The notes under the pieces were generated by a model. It was not told the origin of the DNA, did no database searches, and saw only the letters and a program-made list of their open reading frames with translations. Both the position numbers and the translations under genes were made by a program. 41,263 nt of DNA from Actinomycetota bacterium (GTDB lineage: Bacteria > Actinomycetota > Geothermincolia > Fen-727 > Anoxymicrobiaceae). The stretch covers positions 1-41,263 of the forward strand of contig JAENXM010000001.1 of assembly GCA_016649525.1 (NCBI GenBank). Reading direction: 5' to 3'. Numbering within the stretch: the stretch's first letter is position 1; each line of letters opens with the position of its first letter. Positions 17,637 through 29,587 of the stretch are shown here, one piece after another.

Positions 17637-19099
17637 ACCTGCTCCCGATCTGAGCTTCATAGAGGAAGGGCCCGGGATCGAGGAAGAGGCGCCCGAGTTT
17701 CGTGACATGGAGCTCGAATTTGAGGGACTAGAGCCCGGCCCCGAGGGGGAGGCCCCCGCTCCATCCGAAGAGATGAAACCCGTCCCGGCCATACGGCTGC
17801 GACCGAGGCCTGAGAGAAGAGAATCGGCGAGGCGTCGTGAGCCGCGGGAGCCCGGAGCCGGCGGCGCGCGGGTTATCATCCTGCTGATAGTCGGGGCGGC
17901 TCTCGCCACCCTGGTGGTCTCGATCCTCTATACGAAGCTCAGCCTCATCGACTATGGCAACTTCTTTTTCTACCTGGCCGTTTTCACGCTCTGCGCCGAG
18001 TTCGAGTTGAGGACAAAGGGTGGAGGCTCGCTCAACATGGGCCTGGCCCCGCTTCTGGCGGCCCTGATCTCGCTGCCGGCGGTGCAGGTCGTCTGGGTCT
18101 TCCTTTTCGGTTCCTTGATCGCGATGTTCACCCGGTTGATGGGGAAGGTGACGAAGGACGACGTGTTCGGCATGCTGATCGACTACGCGGGGGTAGGCGC
18201 CGCCGCGACCGTATTCCAGTTCTTCGCGAAGGTGATCCCCAAGAAACCGGAGCTGCACGGCAACTACTGGCCGGGCGTGCTGGTATCGGTTGCGATAGCC
18301 GCCGGGGTCCTGTTCCTCGTCTACCTGGTGCGGTCCACCTTTGTCCTCTCCCAGGAGGGATACCTCCCGGTCGCGGTGTATTTCAAGAGCACGGTTCGCA
18401 GGTCCTGGCTTGCGTTCCTCGCGGTCGGGTTTATCGGTGTCCTGATGGGGCTTATCTACGTAGGGATCGGGATGTGGTCGGTACTGTTCGCGCTGCCCCT
18501 GCTCCTCGTATTCGCGTACGCTTACAACAGGGTGGCGGCGACCGACCGGTACCTGCTCGACACCATACGCATACTGTCCGCGATTCCCGAGGAGACGGGC
18601 AGGATCACGAAGGGTCATGCGGAGCGGGTGGCCGAGCTTTCGGTAGGGGTAGCGCGTGAGCTCGGGCTTTCACCCGAGGACCTCCAGCAGGTGGAGTACG
18701 CGGCTTACCTGCACGACATAGGCGCCATCATGAAGGAAAAACCCGACGAGGAACAACAGCAGCTGATGGAGACGGAAGGTGTAATAGAGGGCGGCATGGA
18801 CATAGTCGGCAAGGTGGATTACCTGGAGGTGGCGGCGGAGATACTGCGGGGCCGCGAGGGCCTCAGGGACCGCGTCGAGGACGTCGACAAGCGCAGGGCG
18901 GTGAGCATGGGCGCGGGCATCCTCCGGGCGGTCGATGACTTTGAACTGCTCGTCCAGGGGACCGAGGGCCGTGAGCCGCTCTCCGAGGGAGACGCCCTCA
19001 TAGAGATGAACCTCGAGAGGGGCGTTCGTTACGACAGCAAGGTACTGCGCGCGATAGCAAAGGTGCTTCCGAGATTACCAAGGGAAGGGGTCTCATCGA

Positions 19100-21607
<2,508 letters not shown>

Positions 21608-21631
21608 TGCAGGTCCTTGAGAGGAGATCCG

Positions 21632-22757
21632 ATGGTTACCGATTTCAGCGAGGCGATTGCTTCCTGCCGCGTTCGGCTTGAGAAAATAGGTGGTTACCTT
21701 TGAAGTCGCTAAATCGCGCGACGAGGTAGAAAGACTCCGCAGGGAGACAAGCTCTCCGGGTTTCTGGGACGACCAGAAAAGGGCCAGGCGGACCATGGCC
21801 CTCCTTTCCCGTCTGGAGGAGGAAGTATCCCGATACGACAGGATAATGACTCACGTGATGGAACTCGAGGAGATGAACCGCATGGGCCTCGAGGAGGATG
21901 ACACCTCTTTCGAGCAGGAGATATCCGGCGGCATTTCCTCACTCGAAAAAGAGATACAAAAGATCGAGACCGCTTCCCTGCTCCAGGGGGAGTTCGACGG
22001 TATGAACGCGATAGTCTCGCTCCACCCTGGCGCGGGCGGGCTCGAGAGCCAGGACTGGGCGGAGATGCTGCTGCGCATGTACCTGCGCTGGGCGGAGCGT
22101 GAAGGTTTCCGGGCGGACCTGAACGATGTCCAGCCGGGCGAGGGCGCGGGGATCAAGAGCGTCACGTTCACGGTCAAGGGGCCGAACGCGTACGGGATGC
22201 TCTCCGTCGAGAAGGGCGTCCACAGGCTTGTACGGATATCACCGTTCGATTTCTCGCGCAGGAGGCACACCTCGTTCGTGTCGCTCGACGTGATACCGGA
22301 GATCGATGAGGAGATTGACATCGATATCGACCCGAAGGACCTGCGGATTGATACGTACCGGTCATCCGGGGCGGGCGGACAGCACGTTAACGTCACCGAC
22401 TCCGCCGTCCGCATCACCCATATCCCGACGGGGATCGTGGTCCAGTGCCAGAACGAGAGGTCGCAGATGAACAACAAGACGATAGCGACGAAGATACTGA
22501 AATCGCGCCTTTTCGAGCTAGCAAGGCGGGAGAAGGTGCAGGAGATAGAGGCGCTGAGGGGCGAACGGAAGGACATCGGCTGGGGAAGCCAGATAAGGTC
22601 TTACGTTTTCCAGCCCTACCAGATGGTAAAGGACCACCGAACGGACGTTGAGACGGGCAACATCCAGGCGGTCATGGACGGCGATATCGACACCTTTATC
22701 GAGGAGGCCCTTCGCTGGAGAAAGAGCCAGGAGAGAAAGCCGGCGACGGGGGACTAG
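21632..22757 (+). CDS. prfB: peptide chain release factor 2, requiring a programmed +1 frameshift at 21698-21703
   Basis: Frame 0 runs from ATG 21632 to GGYL followed by TGA. The +1 frame continues EVAKSRDE and carries the SPF (VRISPFD) and GGQ (SGAGGQHVN) motifs. Confidence 0.9.
21688..21703 (+). promoter_or_regulatory. RF2 autoregulatory +1 frameshift site
   Basis: AGGTGG (SD-like) + TTAC + CTT TGA. Compare E. coli AGGGGG UAU CUU UGA. Confidence 0.85.
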
Positions 22758-22759
22758 AG

Positions 22760-23515
22760 ATGGCGGAAGAACCGAGACTCAAGGCCGACCTTCACGTGCA
22801 TACGATTGCGAGCGGGCACGGCTATTCCACCGTAAGGGAGATCTGCGAGACCGCGGCGGCGCGCGGGCTGGAGCTCGTCGGCATCACGGACCACGGCCCG
22901 GCGATGCCGGGTGGGCCCCACCTCTACCATTTCACGAACCTGATTGTCCTTCCGCGCGTTTTATCAGGGGTGAAGGTATTGAGAAGCGCGGAGTGCAACA
23001 TATTGGATACTGAAGGGAACCTCGACGTCAATGAACGCGCGCTCGATACCCTGGACGTCGTGCACGCGGGACTTCACCCCTTCTGCGGTTATGAGGGAAA
23101 GACCGTAGAGGAGAACACCGAGGCGGTGCTCGCGGCGATCTGGTCGGGGAAGGTGGACATCCTAGTTCACCCGGGCAACCCCTGGTTCCCGCTCGATTAT
23201 CGAACGGTTGTGGAGGCCGCGGCGTCCAAGGGTGTGCTGCTCGAGATCAACAACGCCTCCTTCACGGTGATTCGCAAGGGCAGCGAGAAGAACTGCAGAC
23301 TGATACTGAAGGAGGCCAGAAGGATTGGGGCGAAGGTATGTGTGAGCAGCGACTCGCACGACGCCTCGCTTGTCGGGACGTTCGAGGGAGCCCTGGCCCT
23401 CATCGACGAGGTAGGGATCGACGAGGAGCTTATTGTGAACCGCGGCGCGAGCTCGGTGCTGGGGTTCTTACAATCGCGAGGGAAGGAAATATCGTTCCAG
23501 GGTCAAAATATATAA
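22760..23515 (+). CDS. PHP-domain phosphatase (YcdX-like)
   Basis: DLHVHTIASGHG and GITDHGP motifs, with further His/Asp metal ligands (HPGNP, SSDSHD). Confidence 0.75.
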   Translation: MAEEPRLKADLHVHTIASGHGYSTVREICETAAARGLELVGITDHGPAMPGGPHLYHFTNLIVLPRVLSGVKVLRSAECNILDTEGNLDVNERALDTLDVVHAGLHPFCGYEGKTVEENTEAVLAAIWSGKVDILVHPGNPWFPLDYRTVVEAAASKGVLLEINNASFTVIRKGSEKNCRLILKEARRIGAKVCVSSDSHDASLVGTFEGALALIDEVGIDEELIVNRGASSVLGFLQSRGKEISFQGQNI

Positions 23516-23582
23516 GGCCTCCGGGCGGATGCCGGGCGCAAGCCGTTTCTCCCCGGGTAAGGCAGGCAAAAGTAGTTAACAA

Positions 23583-23611
23583 TTGAAAACATATTCAACA
23601 ATAGTTATCAT
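23583..23611 (+). promoter_or_regulatory. sigma-70-like promoter candidate for ftsEX
   Basis: TTGAAA (23583-23588), a 17-nt spacer, then TATCAT (23606-23611), in an AT-rich island within otherwise GC-rich DNA. Confidence 0.4.
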
Positions 23612-23644
23612 AAATAACAGCTTATAAAGCTGAGAGGAGAGGAA

Positions 23645-24331
23645 TTGATTCGTCTAAGGAGAGTGACCAAGGTCTACCAGGGGAACATCTACGCACTGGA
23701 TGATGTAACGGTGGACGTCGAGAAAAAGGAGTTCGTCTTCATAGTGGGGCCGAGCGGGTCCGGGAAGTCAACATTCATCAAGCTCCTTTTAAAGGAGGAG
23801 GAGGCCACCAGCGGGTCCGTCTACATCGCGGACACCAACGTAGCGGACATCAAGAGGTGGAAGATACCGTACCTGCGCCGCAAGGTCGGGTGTGTCTTCC
23901 AGGACTTCAAGCTGCTGCCCCAGAAGACAATCTACGAGAATGTGGCTTATGCCCTAGAGGTAACCGGCCGCCCCCACAGGGTCATCGAGACATACGTCCC
24001 CGAGGTGCTCAGGCTGGTCGGCCTTTCCCACAAGCTCGACTCTTACCCCGACGAGCTTTCAGGCGGGGAGCAACAGCGCGTATCGATCGCGCGGGCTTTC
24101 GTCAACAGGCCGCCCATTCTGCTCGCGGATGAGCCGACCGGTAACCTAGACCCTACCATGTCAGAAGGGATCGTGAAGCTCCTCGAGGGCATCAACAACA
24201 CCGGGACTACCGTCATCATGGCCACGCACGATCAGAACATCGTCAATGCTTTCAAGAAGAGGGTGGTCGAGCTGCGCGACGGCAGGGTGATCCGGGACCA
24301 GGCGAGAGGTGTCTACGGCTATGGCGATTAA
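23645..24331 (+). CDS. ftsE: cell-division ABC transporter ATP-binding protein FtsE
   Basis: Walker [10 protein letters not shown], signature LSGGEQQRV and Walker B LLADEPTG. Confidence 0.9.
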   Translation: MIRLRRVTKVYQGNIYALDDVTVDVEKKEFVFIVGPSGSGKSTFIKLLLKEEEATSGSVYIADTNVADIKRWKIPYLRRKVGCVFQDFKLLPQKTIYENVAYALEVTGRPHRVIETYVPEVLRLVGLSHKLDSYPDELSGGEQQRVSIARAFVNRPPILLADEPTGNLDPTMSEGIVKLLEGINNTGTTVIMATHDQNIVNAFKKRVVELRDGRVIRDQARGVYGYGD

Positions 24332-25220
24332 TTTCAGTTATTTCTTCAAGGAATCCACCTCCAGCATGCGGCGCAACATGGCGCTGACACTCGCCGCCAT
24401 CATGGTGACTGCCATCTCGCTAATACTTCTCGGTTTCGTCGGCATGATCGTCCACGCCGGGAACGGGCTGGCCACCAACCTCAAGTACCGGGTCGACGAG
24501 ATCAGGGTATTCCTGAAGGACGATGTCACCACCGAGGAGAGGGAAAGCCTGGAGAGGTTCATCAGGAAGATGACCGAGGTGAAAAGCGTAAGGTACATCT
24601 CCAAGGAGCAGGCCCTGGAGGATTTCAAGGACATGTACAAGGACCAGGCCGACATGCTCAAGCAGATCGAGGGTAACCCGCTTCCCGCGGAGTTCAAGAT
24701 CCGCATGAAGGACCCCAAGTACAACCACGATGTCGCGAAGCGGCTGCAGGCACGTCCCGAGATAAGCAAGGACAGCTCCGGCAAGAAGGAGATAAAGTTC
24801 CCCGAGGACGTTGTGAACAAGGTGTTGCGGTGGACGGGAGCCATACAGAACGTGGGGCTGGTCGTGGTCGTAGCCTTCGGGATAGTGGCCATCGCCCTGG
24901 TCTCGATCACCATCAGGATGGCCATCTACTCGCGCCGCAAGGAGATCGGGATAATGAAGCTCGTCGGCGCCACCAACTGGTTCATCCGCTGGCCGTTCAT
25001 CATGGAAGGTGTCATCGAGGGTTTCATAGGCGCGATCGTCGGGACAATTGCAGCCTTGTTCCTCCATGCCTGGCTCATCTCAAAGGTCGAGCACGCGGCG
25101 GAGAGTAACCTTGTGAGCGCCTCGTATCTTGCTGTGTTGTCGATCCTCCTTATAGTTATCGGGATCATCATCGGAGCGATAGGTAGTGTTTTCGCGCTGA
25201 GAAGGTACATCGAAGTGTAG
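24321..25220 (+). CDS. ftsX: cell-division ABC transporter permease-like protein FtsX
   Basis: One transmembrane segment, an extracytoplasmic domain, then three transmembrane segments. The ATG at 24321 overlaps the ftsE end; the track starts at GTG 24309. Confidence 0.85.
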   Translation: MAINFSYFFKESTSSMRRNMALTLAAIMVTAISLILLGFVGMIVHAGNGLATNLKYRVDEIRVFLKDDVTTEERESLERFIRKMTEVKSVRYISKEQALEDFKDMYKDQADMLKQIEGNPLPAEFKIRMKDPKYNHDVAKRLQARPEISKDSSGKKEIKFPEDVVNKVLRWTGAIQNVGLVVVVAFGIVAIALVSITIRMAIYSRRKEIGIMKLVGATNWFIRWPFIMEGVIEGFIGAIVGTIAALFLHAWLISKVEHAAESNLVSASYLAVLSILLIVIGIIIGAIGSVFALRRYIEV

Positions 25221-25345
25221 GCTGTTCGCTGCCATGCCGTTACCCCTTGTCGGTGTATCCGTTTTATACTTTACCCGCGTGAACATCTATAAGGATTTGG
25301 TCGCTCATGGCAGACGATAAAACTCGCGATACATAGGACTGGACC

Positions 25346-26698
25346 GTGGAACAGTATTACCCTGACGCCCCCGGCAACCAGGGGCCGCCGGCCGGGCCTC
25401 CGGAGAAGAAGACGTCCAGACTGCGGATGATAGTCCTCGGGGTGGTCCTGGGGATAATCGTAATTGGCGTTCTGGTCGCTGCCGGCGTACTTATCGACAG
25501 GCTCGTTTTCTCTCAGAAGAAGCCTTCCAAAGAGTTCAGGCTCGAGGACTCCGAGTCCTACCAGGAAGCGCTGTTCGATATCAGACAGTACTTCTACGGG
25601 GACTACTCGCAGGAGAAGATAGAAGACGCCGCGCGGAAAGCGGTCGACAAAGAGAAAAAGAAGGGCGTTACATCGGACTCGAAGCTGGAGGACACGGCCC
25701 TGAGCGCCCTTGTTAAGGCGTTGAAGGACCAGCACAGCGAGTATCTGACCGAGAGCGAAGCGGAGAGGCTCAACGAGGACATAAGCGGGAGCTTCTACGG
25801 GATCGGGACGATGCTCAGGGAGGACAAGAAGCTAAAAAGGACCAAGGTCTTCAGCGTCGTAAAGGGGGCACCCGCTGAAAAGGCCGGGATCAAACGGGAC
25901 GACATCATAATGACGGTTGACGGCAAGGACACGACGGGCAAGAGCGTCGATGTCGTCGTCACCTGGATAAGAGGGCAGAAGGGGACCCAGGTGGAACTCA
26001 AGGTATCGCGCCCCGGTGAGAAGAAAGACCTGACGTTCAAGATAACCAGGGAGAAGATAATGATCCCCGAGCTGGAGACCGAGTTGATCGACGGCCGGAT
26101 CGGGTATCTCAAGGTCATGAACTTCAGCGACGGTATCGGGAAGAAGGTGCGGACGGCGGTCAGCGACCTCCAGCAGAAAGGGGCGCGGGGATTCATCCTC
26201 GACCTTCGCAACAACCCGGGGGGCCTGCTCAGCGAGGCCGTGGACGTTGCAAGCGTCTTCATAAACGACGGGACCGTCGTCTCATACCAGACAAAGGGAC
26301 ACGACAGGATCACGGAGACCGCTAAGGGCGGCGCCGAGACGGACCTGCCGCTGGTCGTGCTCGCCAACGGGGCAAGCGCAAGCTCTTCGGAGATAGTCGC
26401 CGGCGCCCTCCAGGACAGGGGTAGGGCAACGCTTGTCGGCAGCAAGACTTACGGTAAGGGCTCGATCCAGAAGCTTTACCAGCTCGACAACAAAGGAGAC
26501 GTCAAACTTACTGTCTCCCTGTACTACCTGCCGAACGGAGAATCCATCGACGGCAAGGGAGTCAAGCCGGATGTAGTGGTCGAGTTCAAGGACGACCTGG
26601 AAAAGGAAGACAAGCAGCAGCTCGACAAGGCCAAGGAAGTCCTGGACGGCCTGATACAGCAGCACGCCGCTGGCGAAGCCCTTCTCCCCGCGGCTTAG
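25346..26698 (+). CDS. S41 family C-terminal processing peptidase with a PDZ domain
   Basis: An N-terminal membrane anchor, a PDZ domain (GAPAEKAGIKRDDII), then LDLRNNPGG and ASASSSEI...GSKTYGKGS (Ser/Lys dyad region). Confidence 0.85.
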   Translation: MEQYYPDAPGNQGPPAGPPEKKTSRLRMIVLGVVLGIIVIGVLVAAGVLIDRLVFSQKKPSKEFRLEDSESYQEALFDIRQYFYGDYSQEKIEDAARKAVDKEKKKGVTSDSKLEDTALSALVKALKDQHSEYLTESEAERLNEDISGSFYGIGTMLREDKKLKRTKVFSVVKGAPAEKAGIKRDDIIMTVDGKDTTGKSVDVVVTWIRGQKGTQVELKVSRPGEKKDLTFKITREKIMIPELETELIDGRIGYLKVMNFSDGIGKKVRTAVSDLQQKGARGFILDLRNNPGGLLSEAVDVASVFINDGTVVSYQTKGHDRITETAKGGAETDLPLVVLANGASASSSEIVAGALQDRGRATLVGSKTYGKGSIQKLYQLDNKGDVKLTVSLYYLPNGESIDGKGVKPDVVVEFKDDLEKEDKQQLDKAKEVLDGLIQQHAAGEALLPAA

Positions 26699-26735
26699 CG
26701 GTCTTTCCTTCGCCCACCACTGCTATACTTGGAAC

Positions 26736-27224
26736 ATGGTAGAGAACGGCGACGGCGGCGGAATCCAGATAAAAGCGACGAACCGGAAGGCGCTCCGCGA
26801 CTACGTTATCGAGGACAGGATGGAAGCGGGGATGGTGCTGCTCGGGAGCGAGATCAAGTCGATCCGCGCGGGGAGGGCGAACCTTCGAGACTCGTATGCT
26901 GCGATAGAGGGCGCTGAGGTCTTCGTCCACGGTATGCACATCTCACCGTACGAGCAGGCGTCCTACTTCGGCCACGAGCCGACCAGGCCCCGGAAGCTTT
27001 TACTGCACAAGGACGAGATAAAGCGTCTCATAGGCAAGATAACCGAGAAAGGCTATACTTTAGTGCCGCTCAAGTTGTACATTAAAGACGGGAAGGCCAA
27101 GCTCGAGCTCGGGCTGGCGCGGGGCCGTCGCAAGTACGACAAGCGCAGGCAGATAGCGGAGCGCGAGGCCGAGCGGGAGATGTCCCGCGCGGTCCGCTAC
27201 GGACGGTCTGGTGCAATCAAGTGA
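26736..27224 (+). CDS. smpB: SsrA-binding protein SmpB
   Basis: NRKALRDYVIED, GSEIKSIR and KLLLHKDEI motifs. It sits directly upstream of the tmRNA. Confidence 0.9.
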   Translation: MVENGDGGGIQIKATNRKALRDYVIEDRMEAGMVLLGSEIKSIRAGRANLRDSYAAIEGAEVFVHGMHISPYEQASYFGHEPTRPRKLLLHKDEIKRLIGKITEKGYTLVPLKLYIKDGKAKLELGLARGRRKYDKRRQIAEREAEREMSRAVRYGRSGAIK

Positions 27225-27230
27225 AACTGT

Positions 27231-27574
27231 GGGGGCGATACGGCTTCGACAGGAGTGATGGAGGCGAGGGTGCGGGCCGAGTTCCAACACCTCGTAAAAC
27301 TGTTGGGAACAAACCAAACGCCGATTCTGAATTGGCTCTGGCCGCTTAAGGTGGCCACGTCTCCCGGGGAGGCCTGCGACCCCGGGTAAGGCGACGTTAG
27401 CAGGATAACCTCCGCGTCGGTGTCCCAACGTCGCGGGGGGAAGCTTCAGCGGGACTGGCGCCGGCAGGGCCGCCTGCGGGCCGGGCCGGCGTGAGAAACA
27501 ACCGCAGGATATGCCCGTAGAGTCCTTCGTCAAAGCTCTCTTGGACGCGGGTTCGACTCCCGCCGCCTCCACCA
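27231..27574 (+). ncRNA. ssrA: transfer-messenger RNA (one-piece)
   Basis: The 5' GGGGGCGAUACGGCUUCGACAGG pairs with the 3' CGCCUCC-ACCA and includes the G3-U wobble. The T-arm is GCGGGUUCGACUCCCGC (27547-27563). The tag ORF ends ...ADSELALAA with TAA at 27347-27349; the resume codon is either GGG 27305 (GNKPNADSELALAA) or GCC 27320. Confidence 0.95.
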
Positions 27575-27620
27575 ACCAATCATGGCCCCATGCGGGAGTC
27601 GAACCCGCGTGGGGGGTGCC

Positions 27621-27647
27621 GGGGGGCTTGCCCCCCGAATAATTTCT
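27621..27647 (+). terminator. hairpin terminator candidate after the tmRNA
   Basis: GGGGGG-CTTG-CCCCCC (27621-27636), followed by GAATAATTTCT. Confidence 0.45.
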
Positions 27648-27739
27648 ATGATGGGGTGGTACAGCAAGACTGCGTGAGCGGGCTTGCGTCCTAGGAGGGG
27701 CGAGAGCCCCTCCTGGAAGAGCGGAGGGAACCGGAGCGA

Positions 27740-27850
27740 GACGTGGTGTTCGACTCCCGCCGCCTCCACCAACCAATCATGGTCCCATGCGGGATGCGAA
27801 CCCGAGGGGGGCATAATCTGCGGGGGGAGCATCCCCCCGCAGTGTGTCAT
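27740..27850 (+). repeat. decayed direct copy of the tmRNA 3' module (T-loop, acceptor, CCA, trailer, hairpin)
   Basis: 27748-27782 is identical to 27551-27585 (35/35). Similarity continues to 27811 with 3 substitutions and a 2-nt length difference. The 5' half of the T-stem is mutated (GTGGTG in place of GCGGG). It has its own 10-bp hairpin at 27818-27842. Confidence 0.85.
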
Positions 27851-27973
27851 TCAACTCGGACGGTAGGGGATGGGTGCCGATACCCGAGCACCGGTTGTTC
27901 TGCTTCGACAGAGCCCTCGATGTCATGAAGAGGATGGGTTGACGGATCCGGGTGTTGACCGCCGGGACACAGT

Positions 27974-29578
27974 CTATTCTTCACCGCGGTCGTAGATGGT
28001 TTCGCCTCCACAAATGGTCTTTTCAACCCGTATGTTTCTGATCTCCGATGGCGCCACAGAGACGGGATTCCTGATAAGCACGACCAGGTCGGCGCGCTTT
28101 CCCGGCGTGATGCTTCCTTTCACGGAATCCTCGAACTGGGCGTACGCGGCGCCGATTGTGAACATGCGCACCGCCTGCTCCGCGGTGACGCACTGCTCCG
28201 GTACGAAACCCTCGCGTGTCACGCAGCACTCGATCGAGTGCAGGACGTCGGTGGACTCTATGGGGCCGTCGGATGCGCCGGCGACCCGTGCCCCCGCCTC
28301 CAACAGCGAGCGATAAGGATACGTCCACTTCAGTCGTTCGGTCCCGATTCTCTTTTCCAGCCAGCCCTTCTCGGAGTGTATGAACTGCGGTTGGCTGGAG
28401 ACGACCAGCCCGATGCGCGCGATATCCTCGATTATTTCCGCGTTGAGCTGCGAGGCGTGCTCGAGCCTGTGGCGGTGTTCGGAGATGGGGTATTCACTCA
28501 GCAGGCGGTCGTAGAGCTCGACACAGGTGCGGTTCCCGGCGTCGCCTATCGCGTGGATGGCGACCTGAAAACCGGCGGTATGCGCCAGCACCATCCGCCG
28601 GTATATCTCCTCGACGTCATGCGTCAGGAAGCCGCGGGTGTCGGGCCGGTCGGCGAATGGCTCGTCCATGAACGCGGTGCACGAGCCGAAGGTGCCGTCC
28701 GCGAATATCTTGATGCCTCCGATGCGGTGCCCGGCGCCGACTTCATCGTTGTGCAGCGGCGTCTGACGGGCGGATGTCAACTGCTCGAGGTCGCTCGCGA
28801 TCAAGAGCCCGTAGAGGTTGACCGGTATGTGTTCGAGGAGCATCTGCATTATCGCTAACTCGAACGCACCGTCGGCGCCTGCGGGCCCTTCCTCGCCGGC
28901 CTGCATCACCGCTCCGGCGGACGTTATCCCGTGGGAGGCGAGCCTCGTAAAAGAGGAGCGTGCGCCCTTGATGAAAACCTGCACGTCGGGCAGGGGTACT
29001 CTGTCCTTGATGAGCAGGGATGCCTCCTCGAGGAACGCGCCGGCGGGATATCCGTCCGGCTCGCGTTCTATCACGCCGCCGTCAGGGTCCGGTGTCGACG
29101 CGGTGACAGCGGCCGTCTCTATCGCGGCCGAATTGGCGAAAACGCTGTGCCCGTCGTGTTTCACGATCATCACCGGACGGTCGGAGCAGGCGGCATCGAG
29201 CTCACGCCTGGTTGGGAATCTCGGCGAGTCCAGGTTCTGCTCGTCAAACTGAAGCCCCACCACCCAGGCATCGCCCGTGGCTTTCCTCGCCGCGGCGCCG
29301 ATCATCGCCTGCAGCTCCTCGATGGTGGTCGCGTCTCGTAGATCGACGTTCGTCTCGAAATAGGCGAGCATCAGGGGGTGAAGGTGAGTGTCTATAAAGC
29401 CTGGCAGCAGGGCGCGGCCGTTCAGGTCAACCTGCTCACAGTCCCGCCCCAGCGCTGACTCGCATTCGTCCTTGGAACCTACCGCGATTATTTTGTCGTC
29501 TCTCACCGCCACGGCTTCGGCTCGGGGCCGCGAATCGTCCACCGTATATATGTCCCCGTTGAAGTAGAACTGCTCCAT
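27974..29578 (-). CDS. amidohydrolase family 3 protein (YtcJ-like metal-dependent hydrolase)
   Basis: LLPGFIDTHLHP metal-binding motif, AIHAIGD and ASDGP; 534 aa. Confidence 0.8.
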   Translation of the reverse strand: MEQFYFNGDIYTVDDSRPRAEAVAVRDDKIIAVGSKDECESALGRDCEQVDLNGRALLPGFIDTHLHPLMLAYFETNVDLRDATTIEELQAMIGAAARKATGDAWVVGLQFDEQNLDSPRFPTRRELDAACSDRPVMIVKHDGHSVFANSAAIETAAVTASTPDPDGGVIEREPDGYPAGAFLEEASLLIKDRVPLPDVQVFIKGARSSFTRLASHGITSAGAVMQAGEEGPAGADGAFELAIMQMLLEHIPVNLYGLLIASDLEQLTSARQTPLHNDEVGAGHRIGGIKIFADGTFGSCTAFMDEPFADRPDTRGFLTHDVEEIYRRMVLAHTAGFQVAIHAIGDAGNRTCVELYDRLLSEYPISEHRHRLEHASQLNAEIIEDIARIGLVVSSQPQFIHSEKGWLEKRIGTERLKWTYPYRSLLEAGARVAGASDGPIESTDVLHSIECCVTREGFVPEQCVTAEQAVRMFTIGAAYAQFEDSVKGSITPGKRADLVVLIRNPVSVAPSEIRNIRVEKTICGGETIYDRGEE

Positions 29579-29587
29579 CTTTATATG

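Noticed and set aside
25229-25313. A long-range 8-bp inverted repeat (CTGCCATG and CATGGCAG) in the leader of the S41 protease gene.
   Set aside because: It is a short stem with a ~70-nt unstructured-looking interior and no supporting features. It is compatible with chance.
27575-27660. A complete minus-strand tRNA gene facing the tmRNA.
   Set aside because: Only a T-arm and an acceptor-like 3' strand are present. There is no D-arm and no 7-nt anticodon loop; the only internal hairpin is G6-CAAG-C6. At most it is a tRNA 3'-half relic.
27693-27774. A miniature tmRNA/tRNA-like gene formed by AGGGGCG (27696-27702) pairing with CGCCUCC-ACCA of the second repeat copy.
   Set aside because: The first pair would be an A-C mismatch, the T-stem cannot form, and AGGAGGGGC is better satisfied by its local 9-bp hairpin with GCCCCTCCT. 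I keep it only as a possibility to test by RNA-seq.
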